Shown: positions 23,386-31,015 of the stretch, piece by piece
How positions within the stretch are numbered: position 1 is the first letter of the stretch
Layout: each line of letters begins with the position of its first letter
NCBI GenBank assembly: GCA_028713935.1
Contig: JAQTNI010000007.1
Coordinates: 1 to 32,000 of the forward strand
DNA: 32,000 bases
Source of the DNA: Candidatus Iainarchaeum sp.
Lineage (GTDB): Archaea > Iainarchaeota > Iainarchaeia > Iainarchaeales > GCA-2688035
Direction of reading: 5' to 3'
The notes under the pieces: generated by a model
What the model was told of the DNA's origin: nothing
The model's database searches: none
Seen by the model: only the letters and a program-made list of their open reading frames with translations
Translations under genes and position numbers: made by a program

Positions 23386-23952
23386 TCATAAAACTGTTGT
23401 CAATATTGTAAGTGTTATTGCGGCTGCAATCGGAATCGTGAAATTGTCATTAATCGGCAGGAGCTCTGCAAGCATTGCAATTATCACTGTTGCAATTGCA
23501 ATTGGCAATGGGAACAGCACAGCAAGGAACGGCAGCGAGGCCAGAATTCCAGCGATTGTTCCTTCAAGTGTTCTTTTCCCGGCAAGCCTGTGTTTTCCGA
23601 ATTTTATTCCAATTATTGTTGAAGCGCTGTCTCCGAAGATTAGTGCGCAGAGAGCCCCGATTGCAATAAGCGGGTTCCTGAAGAAAAACAGGATTATTAT
23701 TGCAGCCAGAAAGAAAAAAATTGCGCCCTGCCCAGGCCATTCTTTTTCGTGTTCCCTTTCAACTTTTTCAACAATTTTGGAAAAAACAGGAATTTTTATT
23801 CCATGCTTTATTGCAAGGGAAATTGTTATGCCTGCAAGCAGGCAGGCGAGCAGTATTTCAAAAGTTGCCTCGCTTCCTAGAAGCACGAGAAGTGCAATGA
23901 AAATGCTTCCAAAAAGCAGGTGAATGAATTGCCTGCGCATTTCAAAAATCAT
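23386..23952 (-). CDS. CTP-dependent polyprenol (dolichol) kinase / cytidylyltransferase-family membrane protein
   Basis: Multi-TM. LIFGDSASTIIGIKFGKHRLAGKRTLEGTIAG is the CTP_transf_1/SEC59-like motif. Its start overlaps the flpA stop (ATGA), which suggests translational coupling. Confidence 0.65.
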   Translation of the reverse strand: MIFEMRRQFIHLLFGSIFIALLVLLGSEATFEILLACLLAGITISLAIKHGIKIPVFSKIVEKVEREHEKEWPGQGAIFFFLAAIIILFFFRNPLIAIGALCALIFGDSASTIIGIKFGKHRLAGKRTLEGTIAGILASLPFLAVLFPLPIAIATVIIAMLAELLPINDNFTIPIAAAITLTILTTVL

Positions 23953-24611
23953 TTTTTCTCACATAAAAAAATGCAATGGTGTTTTTCAAACGGGGCAAGA
24001 TTTACCTGCTGCAAAACATTGAATTGTTTTTCCAACTCTTTTTTTTCTTCCGCAAAAATTTTTTCAGGCTTTTCCGATTGAGAAATGCTTTTTGCCTTTA
24101 TTACAATAATGCCAAATTTTCCTTTTTTCAGGAACAATTCCGCGTTCTTGTTGAAAATTTCAGCCTGGTTTTTTTGTGAAATATCCTGGTAAAGCAATTC
24201 AATTTTTGTTTCTTCAAGCTCTTCTGCATAGGTTTCAGGCTTGCCAGCATCGGCAAGGATTGGAAGCATGTTTTTGCGCAATTCGCACAATTCAACAAAT
24301 TTTCTCATTACTTTTTCCGCAATATCGACTCCAAACAAAAGCCCATTTTCCCCAATAATATCGGAAACATGGCTTGGGGTAGTGCCTTCAGCAGAGCCAA
24401 GGTACAAAACATTTCCGCCTTCTTTCAGGGGAATGTTTTTCAGGCTATTTTTTATTCCCGCACAGAGCTTTGAGCGCCAGGGAACCCACTCCCTGTATTC
24501 AAGGCCATTTTCAACAACAAGGGCCTCGCCATAAACTTTTTTGCCAGGCACAAGGTTCTTGGTGAAAATCTTTCCATTGGATTCAAAAATTCCTGAAAAA
24601 ATTTGTTTCAT
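23949..24611 (-). CDS. flpA: Fibrillarin (C/D box sRNP 2'-O-methyltransferase)
   Basis: YREWVPWRSKLCAGI, VLYLGSAEGTTPSHVSDI, LPILADAGKPETY. ATG 24611 (MKQIFSG) is preferred. The track's N-terminal extension to 24710 overlaps relE and is rejected. Confidence 0.9.
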   Translation of the reverse strand: MKQIFSGIFESNGKIFTKNLVPGKKVYGEALVVENGLEYREWVPWRSKLCAGIKNSLKNIPLKEGGNVLYLGSAEGTTPSHVSDIIGENGLLFGVDIAEKVMRKFVELCELRKNMLPILADAGKPETYAEELEETKIELLYQDISQKNQAEIFNKNAELFLKKGKFGIIVIKAKSISQSEKPEKIFAEEKKELEKQFNVLQQVNLAPFEKHHCIFLCEKK

Positions 24612-24631
24612 TAAAGTCCACTTTCTTAGGA

Positions 24632-24913
24632 TTAGATATTTTTGTAAGTGTTTTCTTTTCTTCTTTCTATTTTTAAAACTCTGATTATTTTTTGTTCCCA
24701 ATATACACAATAAGTGGCCCGATAGCGCGACAATCTTATTCGATATGTGTCTGTCTCTCCGGCAATCTTCCTAAGATCAAATTCTTTTGCAGGCACAGGA
24801 TTCTGGCCCAGCTTTAAAAAGAGCTCATTCAGCCTTGCCCTTATTTTTCCATCACATTTTTTGAGAAATTTTTCAGCTTTGTTGCTGAACCTTACTTCAA
24901 ACAAGCAGACCAC
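24632..24913 (-). CDS. relE: RelE/ParE-family type II toxin
   Basis: FSNKAEKFLKKCDGKIRARLNELFLKLGQNP...TYRIRLSRYRATYCVYWEQKIIRVLKIERRKENTY is the RelE fold signature (YR.R.G.YR..Y.......I.V..I..R). GTG start. Confidence 0.75.
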   Translation of the reverse strand: MVCLFEVRFSNKAEKFLKKCDGKIRARLNELFLKLGQNPVPAKEFDLRKIAGETDTYRIRLSRYRATYCVYWEQKIIRVLKIERRKENTYKNI

Positions 24914-24920
24914 CGTAATT

Positions 24921-25106
24921 TCAGCAAAAAACTTCTCTGAAAGTTTTTTCCCTGCCAGATTCCATTTCTTTCTTTATTTTTCTAATCTCACTTAATTCTT
25001 TAGCAGAAACTTTTTCTTCAGGAATAAGGGCATGCTTTACTGTTTCAATTTCATTTTTCAGGCTTTTAATTTCCTTGTAAATCAGTTCCATTGTCACAGT
25101 TTCCAT
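24921..25106 (-). CDS. Putative antitoxin partner of RelE (small helical protein)
   Basis: 61 aa ending 7 nt upstream of relE. AGGTG lies 8 nt upstream of its ATG. It is coiled and helical with an acidic-basic mix. The call rests on position. Confidence 0.45.
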   Translation of the reverse strand: METVTMELIYKEIKSLKNEIETVKHALIPEEKVSAKELSEIRKIKKEMESGREKTFREVFC

Positions 25107-25200
25107 TTACAACACCTAAATAACTGTCTTTGCAGCAGTATAAAAACATATTCTGTCAATGACTTAAAAATTCCTGAAAAAACCCGTTCCTTGTTTTCGC

Positions 25201-25593
25201 TTATACAAACACAGTAAGGCCAGTTTGCCAGTTGGTTTTACCGCCTTTTGGAATATCATAAATTGTTTTTACTTTATTGAGTTTTTTAACCAATATAAGG
25301 GTTCTTCTTGGAACTTTTTTGTTTCCTTCTGTTTCAAGCGCAGTTGTTTCAAAATACTCTCTGGGAAAAAAGGAAGAAAGTGTTTTTGGCCCTATCCGCC
25401 ATAAGTCTATGGGATATTCGTGCTTTGGATAATGCCAAGAAGGCACTGTTATAAAAATGTAACCTCCAATTTTGCAACATTTTGCAGAGCACTTTGTACA
25501 CAAAATATTTAAAAAATAACCATAATAATAGTTATAATAACCATTAATAGGGTTATGGTTTTTGAATGGGTTTTTTGTCTGTCTTGAAGTCAA
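25201..25593 (-). pseudogene. 5'-truncated remnant of a class I SAM methyltransferase
   Basis: Only the distal part is recognisable: ILCTKCSAKCCKIGGYIFITVPSWHYP resembles ...RVLKPGG.l.i.vP. There is no motif I. The N-terminus overlaps the divergent MNT start by 28 nt. Confidence 0.35.
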
Positions 25594-26087
25594 ATCCTGA
25601 TGTGAGAAAGCTGTTTGGAGAGCGCGAGCTGGTTATTATTGAAAAGCAGTTATTGGGCGTGCCTTTGACACAATCAGAGAAGAACAGGCTGTCAAGGGAT
25701 ATTCGGCGCAAACTGAAGGCAATTTCCGCCTTGGCTGGTTTTGAACCTGAATTTTCCCTGAAAAAAAGCAGTGAAATAAAGCGCTGGGTTGATGAAGCGC
25801 TTCAAACTATTTTGAAAAGCGGGTTTTCGCCCAGCATAAAGAAAATTTTTTTGTTTGGCTCTGCTGTTGAAAACAAGCTGTCCTTGCGTTCTGACATTGA
25901 TATTTGCGTGGAATTCAATAAAATTTCCAAAGAGGAGGCCAATTTGTTCCGCAAGGAAATCCTGGGCATCGCCAATCAACGAATTGATGTGCAGGTTTTT
26001 AATGTTCTCCCTTCAAAGATTCAAAAAGAAATTCTTGCAAAGGGAAAAGTTTTATATGAACGCCCGCATTCAGGACAAAATCCGTGA
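25566..26087 (+). CDS. MNT-type minimal nucleotidyltransferase (antitoxin of the HEPN/MNT module) with an ~85-aa N-terminal extension
   Basis: IKKIFLFGSAVENKLSLRSDIDICVEF carries the GS-x(9-10)-SDxD polymerase-beta NTase motif. It overlaps the HEPN gene by 32 nt. Confidence 0.75.
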   Translation: MGFLSVLKSNPDVRKLFGERELVIIEKQLLGVPLTQSEKNRLSRDIRRKLKAISALAGFEPEFSLKKSSEIKRWVDEALQTILKSGFSPSIKKIFLFGSAVENKLSLRSDIDICVEFNKISKEEANLFRKEILGIANQRIDVQVFNVLPSKIQKEILAKGKVLYERPHSGQNP

Positions 26088-26466
26088 AATAGAAAATTAT
26101 CTTGAAGAACTTTCAGAAATTTTGCCCTCTTCTTTTAGGGAATATTCTTTTGATTTGAAATCAAAGGCGGCTTGCGAGCGTTATTTTGAAAAAATTGTTG
26201 AGGCAATTGTTGACCTGGCTTTTTTGGTTATCCGTGAAAAAGGATTGCAAACTCCGGAAGAGGACAAGGAAGCTTTTGACATTCTTTGCAAGGCAAAAAT
26301 AATTGATGCTCCACTGGCGACTCGCTTGAAAGAGGCAAAGGGAATGCGGAACTTTTTGGCTCACCAGTATGGGGCAATTGATGACAAAATTGTTTTTAAG
26401 GCATTAAAAAAAGAGCTTCGGAAGGATGCGGGCATTTTTATTGCCTCAATAGAAACATCCTTTTGA
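26056..26466 (+). CDS. HEPN-domain (DUF86) toxin
   Basis: MNARIQDKIREIENYLEEL...ACERYFEKIVEAIVDLA...LKEAKGMRNFLAHQYGAID contains the R-x4-H HEPN RNase motif. ATG 26056 is preferred over the track start 25855. Confidence 0.8.
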   Translation: MNARIQDKIREIENYLEELSEILPSSFREYSFDLKSKAACERYFEKIVEAIVDLAFLVIREKGLQTPEEDKEAFDILCKAKIIDAPLATRLKEAKGMRNFLAHQYGAIDDKIVFKALKKELRKDAGIFIASIETSF

Positions 26467-26473
26467 TACAAAT

Positions 26474-27283
26474 TCACTTTTGCTTTTGCAGTTGTTTTGC
26501 CCTTTCATCGAGGCCTTTTTGCAGTTCTTTTGCGATTTCTTTTTTTCCAAAAAAGTCCATTTTTATTGCAATGGAAATTTTTCCTGCAAGGGAACGAGCC
26601 AGTTTTCCCTTGTTTTCAAAAGAAGCCTGTTTCACCATTGGGTGCTGGAACAAGAGGCCGTATTTTGGTGTTTTTGCATTTGGGTTTTTCACATGCCTGA
26701 AAAAGGCTTTTTTTGCCCCAAGAATCTGTATTGTGGAAGAAGGCATTAATGCAAGCCTGCGCAGGCTTCCTGCCTCTTTGAGCATTTTTGCCCCCAAAAC
26801 AGAGCCGCAGATTTGCGAGAAATTCGGGGCTTTTTTCTGCATTTCTTCTGTTAAAAATTTTTCAAGCGAATTTCTTTGTTCCCTGATGTTTAAAGCATTC
26901 AAGGCGAGCATTTTGATTTCCGCCATTGCTGTTTCCGGAATTTTAGAGCCCATGCTTTTTTTTGCTTTTTCAATAACAAGCTTTGCTGTTGCAGGTTCCT
27001 TGATTATGTCCGCAATTGCTTTTTCAGAGAATTTTTCTTTTTCCCCGACAAAATAAATAAGCTTCAAAAAAGCCTCGGGATTTTGCAATGCCCTTCCAAG
27101 CTCTGGAAAATGCGATGAATACCATTCTGCGCAGTGCTCTGAAAGAAGGTTAAAAATTTCGTCCAAATCCTGCAGTGCATTGACTGCCCTGATTATGTGC
27201 TCTTCTTCTCCAGAGTATTTTTCTTCAACCTTTTCGCGGGTTTTCTTGATGAGCTTTTTGCGCAGTTCTTCTATCCGGTTCAT
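26474..27283 (-). CDS. nop5: Nop5 (Nop56/58) C/D box sRNP core protein, apparently lacking the N-terminal fibrillarin-binding domain
   Basis: HIIRAVNALQDLDEIFNLLSEHCAEWYSSHFPEL (NOSIC) and APNFSQICGSVLGAKMLKEAGSLRRLALMPSSTIQILGAKKAFFRH...PKYGLLFQHPMV...GKLARSLAGKISIAIKMD (Nop domain). ATG 27283 (MNRIEELRKK) is preferred and gives 269 aa. Confidence 0.85.
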   Translation of the reverse strand: MNRIEELRKKLIKKTREKVEEKYSGEEEHIIRAVNALQDLDEIFNLLSEHCAEWYSSHFPELGRALQNPEAFLKLIYFVGEKEKFSEKAIADIIKEPATAKLVIEKAKKSMGSKIPETAMAEIKMLALNALNIREQRNSLEKFLTEEMQKKAPNFSQICGSVLGAKMLKEAGSLRRLALMPSSTIQILGAKKAFFRHVKNPNAKTPKYGLLFQHPMVKQASFENKGKLARSLAGKISIAIKMDFFGKKEIAKELQKGLDERAKQLQKQK

Positions 27284-27289
27284 AATCCA

Positions 27290-27322
27290 ATTGAACAGCA
27301 ATTGGTTTAAAAAAGGTTTTTT
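27290..27322 (-). repeat. Direct repeat copy 1 (promoter and 5' region immediately upstream of the nop5 ATG)
   Basis: Plus strand reads ATTGAACAGCAATTGGTTTAAAAAAGGTTTTTT. It matches 27798-27830 at 30 of 33 positions, including 19 consecutive identities. Both copies start exactly 6 nt from the respective start codon. Confidence 0.8.
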
Positions 27323-27404
27323 GAACAACGTATTTATGGCGAAATCTAAGATTAGAGGAATTGTCAAGCAACTGATAAAAAAGAACATGCCTGCACTAAA
27401 AAAA

Positions 27405-27791
27405 TTAGCTTAAGCTTTCTTTTATTATTTTGACCAATCTTTTGATTCTTATTTCTTTTTTTGCAACGGCCCATTCAAGTTCGCTTAATTTTTCCTGATT
27501 TAATTTTTTTGGATTCAAAGTAAACCCATTTATTTTAAGGAAGGTTAATCCCGCAATAAGCCCTGTTCTCTTGTTGCCTTCTGCAAAGATATGCCTGTCT
27601 GTTATTTCCCAAATCAAAAAAGCGGCTTTGTTTGCAATGGCATCTTTTTTGTTTTCAAAATTAAACTTTTTTTTGACAGTTTCAGCTATCAAAAATAATG
27701 CGCCAAAATCCCGTATTGCAAAAGGCTCGCCAAAAACAGAAACAATTTCCTGATTGATTAAAATTATTTGGTTAGCACTCAAATATTCCAT
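27405..27791 (-). CDS. doc: Doc (death-on-curing) / Fic-family toxin with no recognisable adjacent antitoxin
   Basis: MEYLSANQIILINQEIVSVFGEPFAIRDFGALFLIAE...HIFAEGNKRTGLIAGLTFL has the Doc variant of the Fic motif (H-x-F-x-x-G-N-K-R). ATG 27791 is preferred over the track start 27842. Confidence 0.8.
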   Translation of the reverse strand: MEYLSANQIILINQEIVSVFGEPFAIRDFGALFLIAETVKKKFNFENKKDAIANKAAFLIWEITDRHIFAEGNKRTGLIAGLTFLKINGFTLNPKKLNQEKLSELEWAVAKKEIRIKRLVKIIKESLS

Positions 27792-27797
27792 AAATTC

Positions 27798-27830
27798 ATT
27801 GAACAGCAATTGGTTTTTAAAGGGTTTTTT
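27798..27830 (-). repeat. Direct repeat copy 2 (immediately upstream of the doc ATG)
   Basis: Plus strand reads ATTGAACAGCAATTGGTTTTTAAAGGGTTTTTT; see copy 1. Confidence 0.8.
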
Positions 27831-27860
27831 CTTGGCAAACAATTTGGTTTCTTGAGCAAG

Positions 27861-28745
27861 TCAGGTTATCAGTGCCGCACCAATAAGCATTAGGATTATT
27901 GCAAAAAATTTCTGCAGGATTGTGGATTTTCCAATCTCCTCTTTTAGAATTCTTGGAAAAAACATGCTGAGTGTTATTGTTATCAGCAGGACGAAGAGCG
28001 GCTGTATTGAGCTCAGTGCATTTACCAGCGTTACAAAGCCAATTGAAGTGGCAATTATGATAAACAGCACTCCCGTAAGATTCAAAGACTCATTTAATGC
28101 AATTGCAGCAAAAGGCTTTTTTCCGTGCTCCTTCAAAGTTGAAACAAAACTTGGCAAGCAAAAATAAATCATCGGTATTATTGCAATAAATGCGCCTATT
28201 CTTTCGAATGAAAACACTGTCCAGAAATCAGCAAAGGAAAGAAGATACTTTATTACCACTAATTCAACTGCAAAAACAAAGGCAGAGAGAATAGCGATCA
28301 ATGCTGGTTTTCCAAGCCGGATTTTTGTAATGCTTTTGGAGGAAATCAAAACAGCCCCGGCAATCAGGAGGATAATGCCAAAATATTTTATTGGGGCAAG
28401 AACCTCATTCAAAAAAACAGATGCAATGACCAGAACAAAAAAAGGCGACAGGTAAAAAATCGGCACTATTCTGGATATTTCCTCGAACTGCACTGCCTTG
28501 AAATATAGTGCATTTCCCAAAAAATACAGAAAACCTGAAATAATTGCTAGGCCAATATTAAACAGGGAGAAGCTTGCAAAGCCTTGTGTTAAAAAAATTA
28601 CTGCACTTGCAATCAGGCCGACTATTCCAAGAATTGAAACATTGATTAGTGGGTTTCTAACCCATTTTGTGAGAATAAACTTGTCAATTGTATTTACAAC
28701 CGCAAAAATCAATGCAGCCAAAACTGCAAACAAAACCCAGCTCAT
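27861..28745 (-). CDS. EamA/DMT-superfamily transporter
   Basis: 294 aa with about 10 TM spans in two similar halves. The opening VLFAVLAALIFAVVNTIDKFILTK is EamA-like. Confidence 0.8.
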   Translation of the reverse strand: MSWVLFAVLAALIFAVVNTIDKFILTKWVRNPLINVSILGIVGLIASAVIFLTQGFASFSLFNIGLAIISGFLYFLGNALYFKAVQFEEISRIVPIFYLSPFFVLVIASVFLNEVLAPIKYFGIILLIAGAVLISSKSITKIRLGKPALIAILSAFVFAVELVVIKYLLSFADFWTVFSFERIGAFIAIIPMIYFCLPSFVSTLKEHGKKPFAAIALNESLNLTGVLFIIIATSIGFVTLVNALSSIQPLFVLLITITLSMFFPRILKEEIGKSTILQKFFAIILMLIGAALIT

Positions 28746-28768
28746 TGCCAGTATATTCTCTAAAAAAT

Positions 28769-28779
28769 CTTTTAAAAAA
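28769..28779 (+). promoter_or_regulatory. TATA-like box about 28 nt upstream of the glyS ATG
   Basis: AAAAAATCTTTTAAAAAACC is followed by 22 nt and then ATG 28802, with no SD. The layout matches the nrdD, nop5 and doc upstream regions. Confidence 0.4.
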
Positions 28780-28801
28780 CCTTTCAGAATTAATTGTTCC
28801 T

Positions 28802-30298
28802 ATGCCGAAAGAGGAAATCAACAATTTGGCTTTGAGAAGGGCCTTGTTTTACCCTGCTGCGGAGATTTATTCCAATGCTCCGGGCGGCTTCTGGGAGTTT
28901 GCTGATGCTGGAGAAAAAATCCGCAGGAAAATTGTTGATTTGTGGAGAAAAGAGCTTGTTGAGAAAGAAGGCTTCATTGAAATTTCCGGTGCACAGATTT
29001 TGCCTGAAGATGTTTTCAAGGCATCAGGGCATATTGCTTCTTTTTCCGATCCTGTTGTGCAGTGCAAAAAATGCAGTTCTTTGCATAGGGCTGATTCTCT
29101 GCTTTCGGAAAAAACAAAGGAAGTTGTTCCTGAGTCTCTTGCCACAACTGAACTGGATAGAATGATTAAGGCGCATGGAATTGAATGCCCGAAATGCAAG
29201 GGCAAGGATTTTGCAGAGGTAAAAAAATTCAATATGATGATGAAAGTTGACATTGGCGCTACTGGCAATCAGGTTTCTTATTTGAGGCCTGAAACCTGCC
29301 AGAGCATTTTCCTTGATTTTAAAAGAATTTATCGGACAATGGCGAATTCTTTGCCTCTTGGAATTGCGCAGGCTGGCAGTTCTTTCAGGAATGAAATTGC
29401 GCCCAGAAATACTCTTTTGAGGCAGCGTGAATTCGGCCAGATGGAAATAGAAATTTTTTTCAATCCCCACAGGATTAATGAAATTGAAAATTTTTCCGAA
29501 ATAGAAAATTTCAAATTGAATTTGTTTCTTTTGAAGGAAAAGGGAGTTAAAAAAATTTCGTGCAAAGAGGCGGCTGAAAAAAAAATTGTTTCGGGAAAAT
29601 TGGTTGCTTATTTCCTTGCAAGAGCGCAGCAGTTTTATTCAAAATTGAACATTCCTGATGAAAAAATGCGGTTCAGGCAGCTTGCCAAGGATGAAAGGGC
29701 TTTTTATGCTTCCGAAACATGGGATTTTGAAGTTGAAACAGATTTGGGCTGGATAGAATTAATGGCCTGCAATTACAGGACAGACCATGATTTGAAAGGG
29801 CATGGAAAACAAAGCAAGCAGGACATGGTTGTAACAGACAACAATGAAAAAGTTTTGCCGCATGTTTTTGAGCTTTCAGCAGGCATAGACAGGGCTTTTT
29901 ATGTTGCGCTTGACCTTGCTTTTAAGAAGGAAAAAAGAGGCCCCGAAGAAAGGATTTTTTTGAACCTGCCCGCGAGGATCTCCCCTTACCTTGCAGGAAT
30001 TTTTCCGCTTGTGAAAAAAGACGGCTTGCTTGAAAAAGCAATGGAAATTTTCAGGCAACTGAATTCTTTTGATTTTGATGTCCTGTTTGAGGAAAAGGCA
30101 AGCATTGGAAAGCGCTATGCGAAAATTGATGAAATCGGTGTTCCTTTTGCAATTACAATTGATTATGATTCCCTGAAAGACAATTCCGTTACCCTGCGTG
30201 AAAGAAATTCAATGCAGCAAAAAAGAGTGAAAATAGATTCTTTGCCTGAAATTCTCTGGCATTTGAAAACAGGAAAAAAAAGCTTTGAACAAGCCTGA
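28802..30298 (+). CDS. glyS: Glycyl-tRNA synthetase, archaeal/eukaryotic alpha2 type (class II)
   Basis: LALRRALFYPAAEIYSNAPGGFWEFADAGEKIRRKIVDLWRKELV, FRNEIAPRNTLLRQREFGQMEIEIF (motif 2), GIDRAFYVAL (motif 3), plus a C-terminal anticodon-binding domain. The track start 28688 is rejected because it overlaps the EamA gene. Confidence 0.9.
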   Translation: MPKEEINNLALRRALFYPAAEIYSNAPGGFWEFADAGEKIRRKIVDLWRKELVEKEGFIEISGAQILPEDVFKASGHIASFSDPVVQCKKCSSLHRADSLLSEKTKEVVPESLATTELDRMIKAHGIECPKCKGKDFAEVKKFNMMMKVDIGATGNQVSYLRPETCQSIFLDFKRIYRTMANSLPLGIAQAGSSFRNEIAPRNTLLRQREFGQMEIEIFFNPHRINEIENFSEIENFKLNLFLLKEKGVKKISCKEAAEKKIVSGKLVAYFLARAQQFYSKLNIPDEKMRFRQLAKDERAFYASETWDFEVETDLGWIELMACNYRTDHDLKGHGKQSKQDMVVTDNNEKVLPHVFELSAGIDRAFYVALDLAFKKEKRGPEERIFLNLPARISPYLAGIFPLVKKDGLLEKAMEIFRQLNSFDFDVLFEEKASIGKRYAKIDEIGVPFAITIDYDSLKDNSVTLRERNSMQQKRVKIDSLPEILWHLKTGKKSFEQA

Positions 30299-30305
30299 TT
30301 CCGGA

Positions 30306-30776
30306 TTACCTGTTTGGCACTACATTCAGCAATGCATCAACAAGAGGCCCTGTGCACTGTTTCTTCAAATCTTTTACCTGTGCTGCCCCAAAAGCATCAT
30401 AATTTCCCAATTCTTCTTTTGGAACAAGGCAGGCCATGCTCTTGCCCTGAAGCATCACTGCCATTACCTGTGCAATAGCGGCGTCCTTGCTTTTCGGGTC
30501 AACAGTTATTTTTTCCATTTTATAACTTATTTTGCAATTCTCCCCATCCAAACCAAAAATTGAAATTTTCAGGCCTATGTCAGCTTCCGGGCTCTGGCTT
30601 TTTTCAGTTATAACAGCAAAAGCCTTTTCGCATTGTTTTGTTGCATCAGAAATGCATTCCTTGTTTGTTCCGCAATCCTTCAGGCCAGCAGTATCATCAG
30701 GCGCCACAGGCTGTGCGCAGCCAAGAAGCACAATAATGCAGATAAGCAGAATCTGCAGTGAAAAAACCTTTTTCAT
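30306..30776 (-). CDS. Secreted lipoprotein of unknown function
   Basis: MKKVFSLQILLICIIVLLGC is a signal peptide plus lipobox. The mature part contains 6 Cys. Confidence 0.55.
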   Translation of the reverse strand: MKKVFSLQILLICIIVLLGCAQPVAPDDTAGLKDCGTNKECISDATKQCEKAFAVITEKSQSPEADIGLKISIFGLDGENCKISYKMEKITVDPKSKDAAIAQVMAVMLQGKSMACLVPKEELGNYDAFGAAQVKDLKKQCTGPLVDALLNVVPNR

Positions 30777-30906
30777 AAAAAGAACAGGGGTTTCTTTGTT
30801 TAAATATTTAACGCCACAAATTTTTTATGTTAGCGGAGCGAACTCCAAAATCGCGAAGCGATTTTGTTTCTTTTCCCAGGTTTTCTTTGCTCTGCAAAGA
30901 AAAGCT

Positions 30907-30979
30907 GCCGCAGTAGCATAACGGTTATTGCTCCGGTTTCGTAAACCGGCGGTTGGGAGTTCAAATCTCCCCTGCGGCT
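30907..30979 (+). tRNA. tRNA-Thr(CGU)
   Basis: GCCGCAG UA GCAU AACGGUUA UUGC U CCGGU UUCGUAA ACCGG CGGUU GGGAG UUCAAAU CUCCC CUGCGGC U. It is 73 nt with no intron and CCA is not encoded. Confidence 0.85.
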
Positions 30980-31015
30980 TCACATGTTAAACAAATTTAT
31001 TAGGCAAAGTGAGAG

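Noticed and set aside
23054-23923. 289-aa plus-strand ORF
   Set aside because: It is antisense to the well-supported multi-TM kinase-like gene (23386..23952). It has a low-complexity composition and no motifs, which is typical of a shadow ORF opposite a hydrophobic protein.
24612-24710. 33-aa N-terminal extension of the fibrillarin ORF (MCILGTKNNQSFKNRKKKRKHLQKYLILRKWTL)
   Set aside because: It overlaps the 3' end of relE. Fibrillarin homology starts at MKQIFSG (ATG 24611).
26463-27056. 197-aa plus-strand ORF, with nested ORFs at 26480-26749 and 26497-26700
   Set aside because: They are antisense to nop5, whose Nop-domain motifs are unambiguous.
28688-28801. Upstream extension of the GlyRS ORF
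   Set aside because: It overlaps the EamA transporter gene on the other strand. GlyRS homology and a TATA-like box support ATG 28802.
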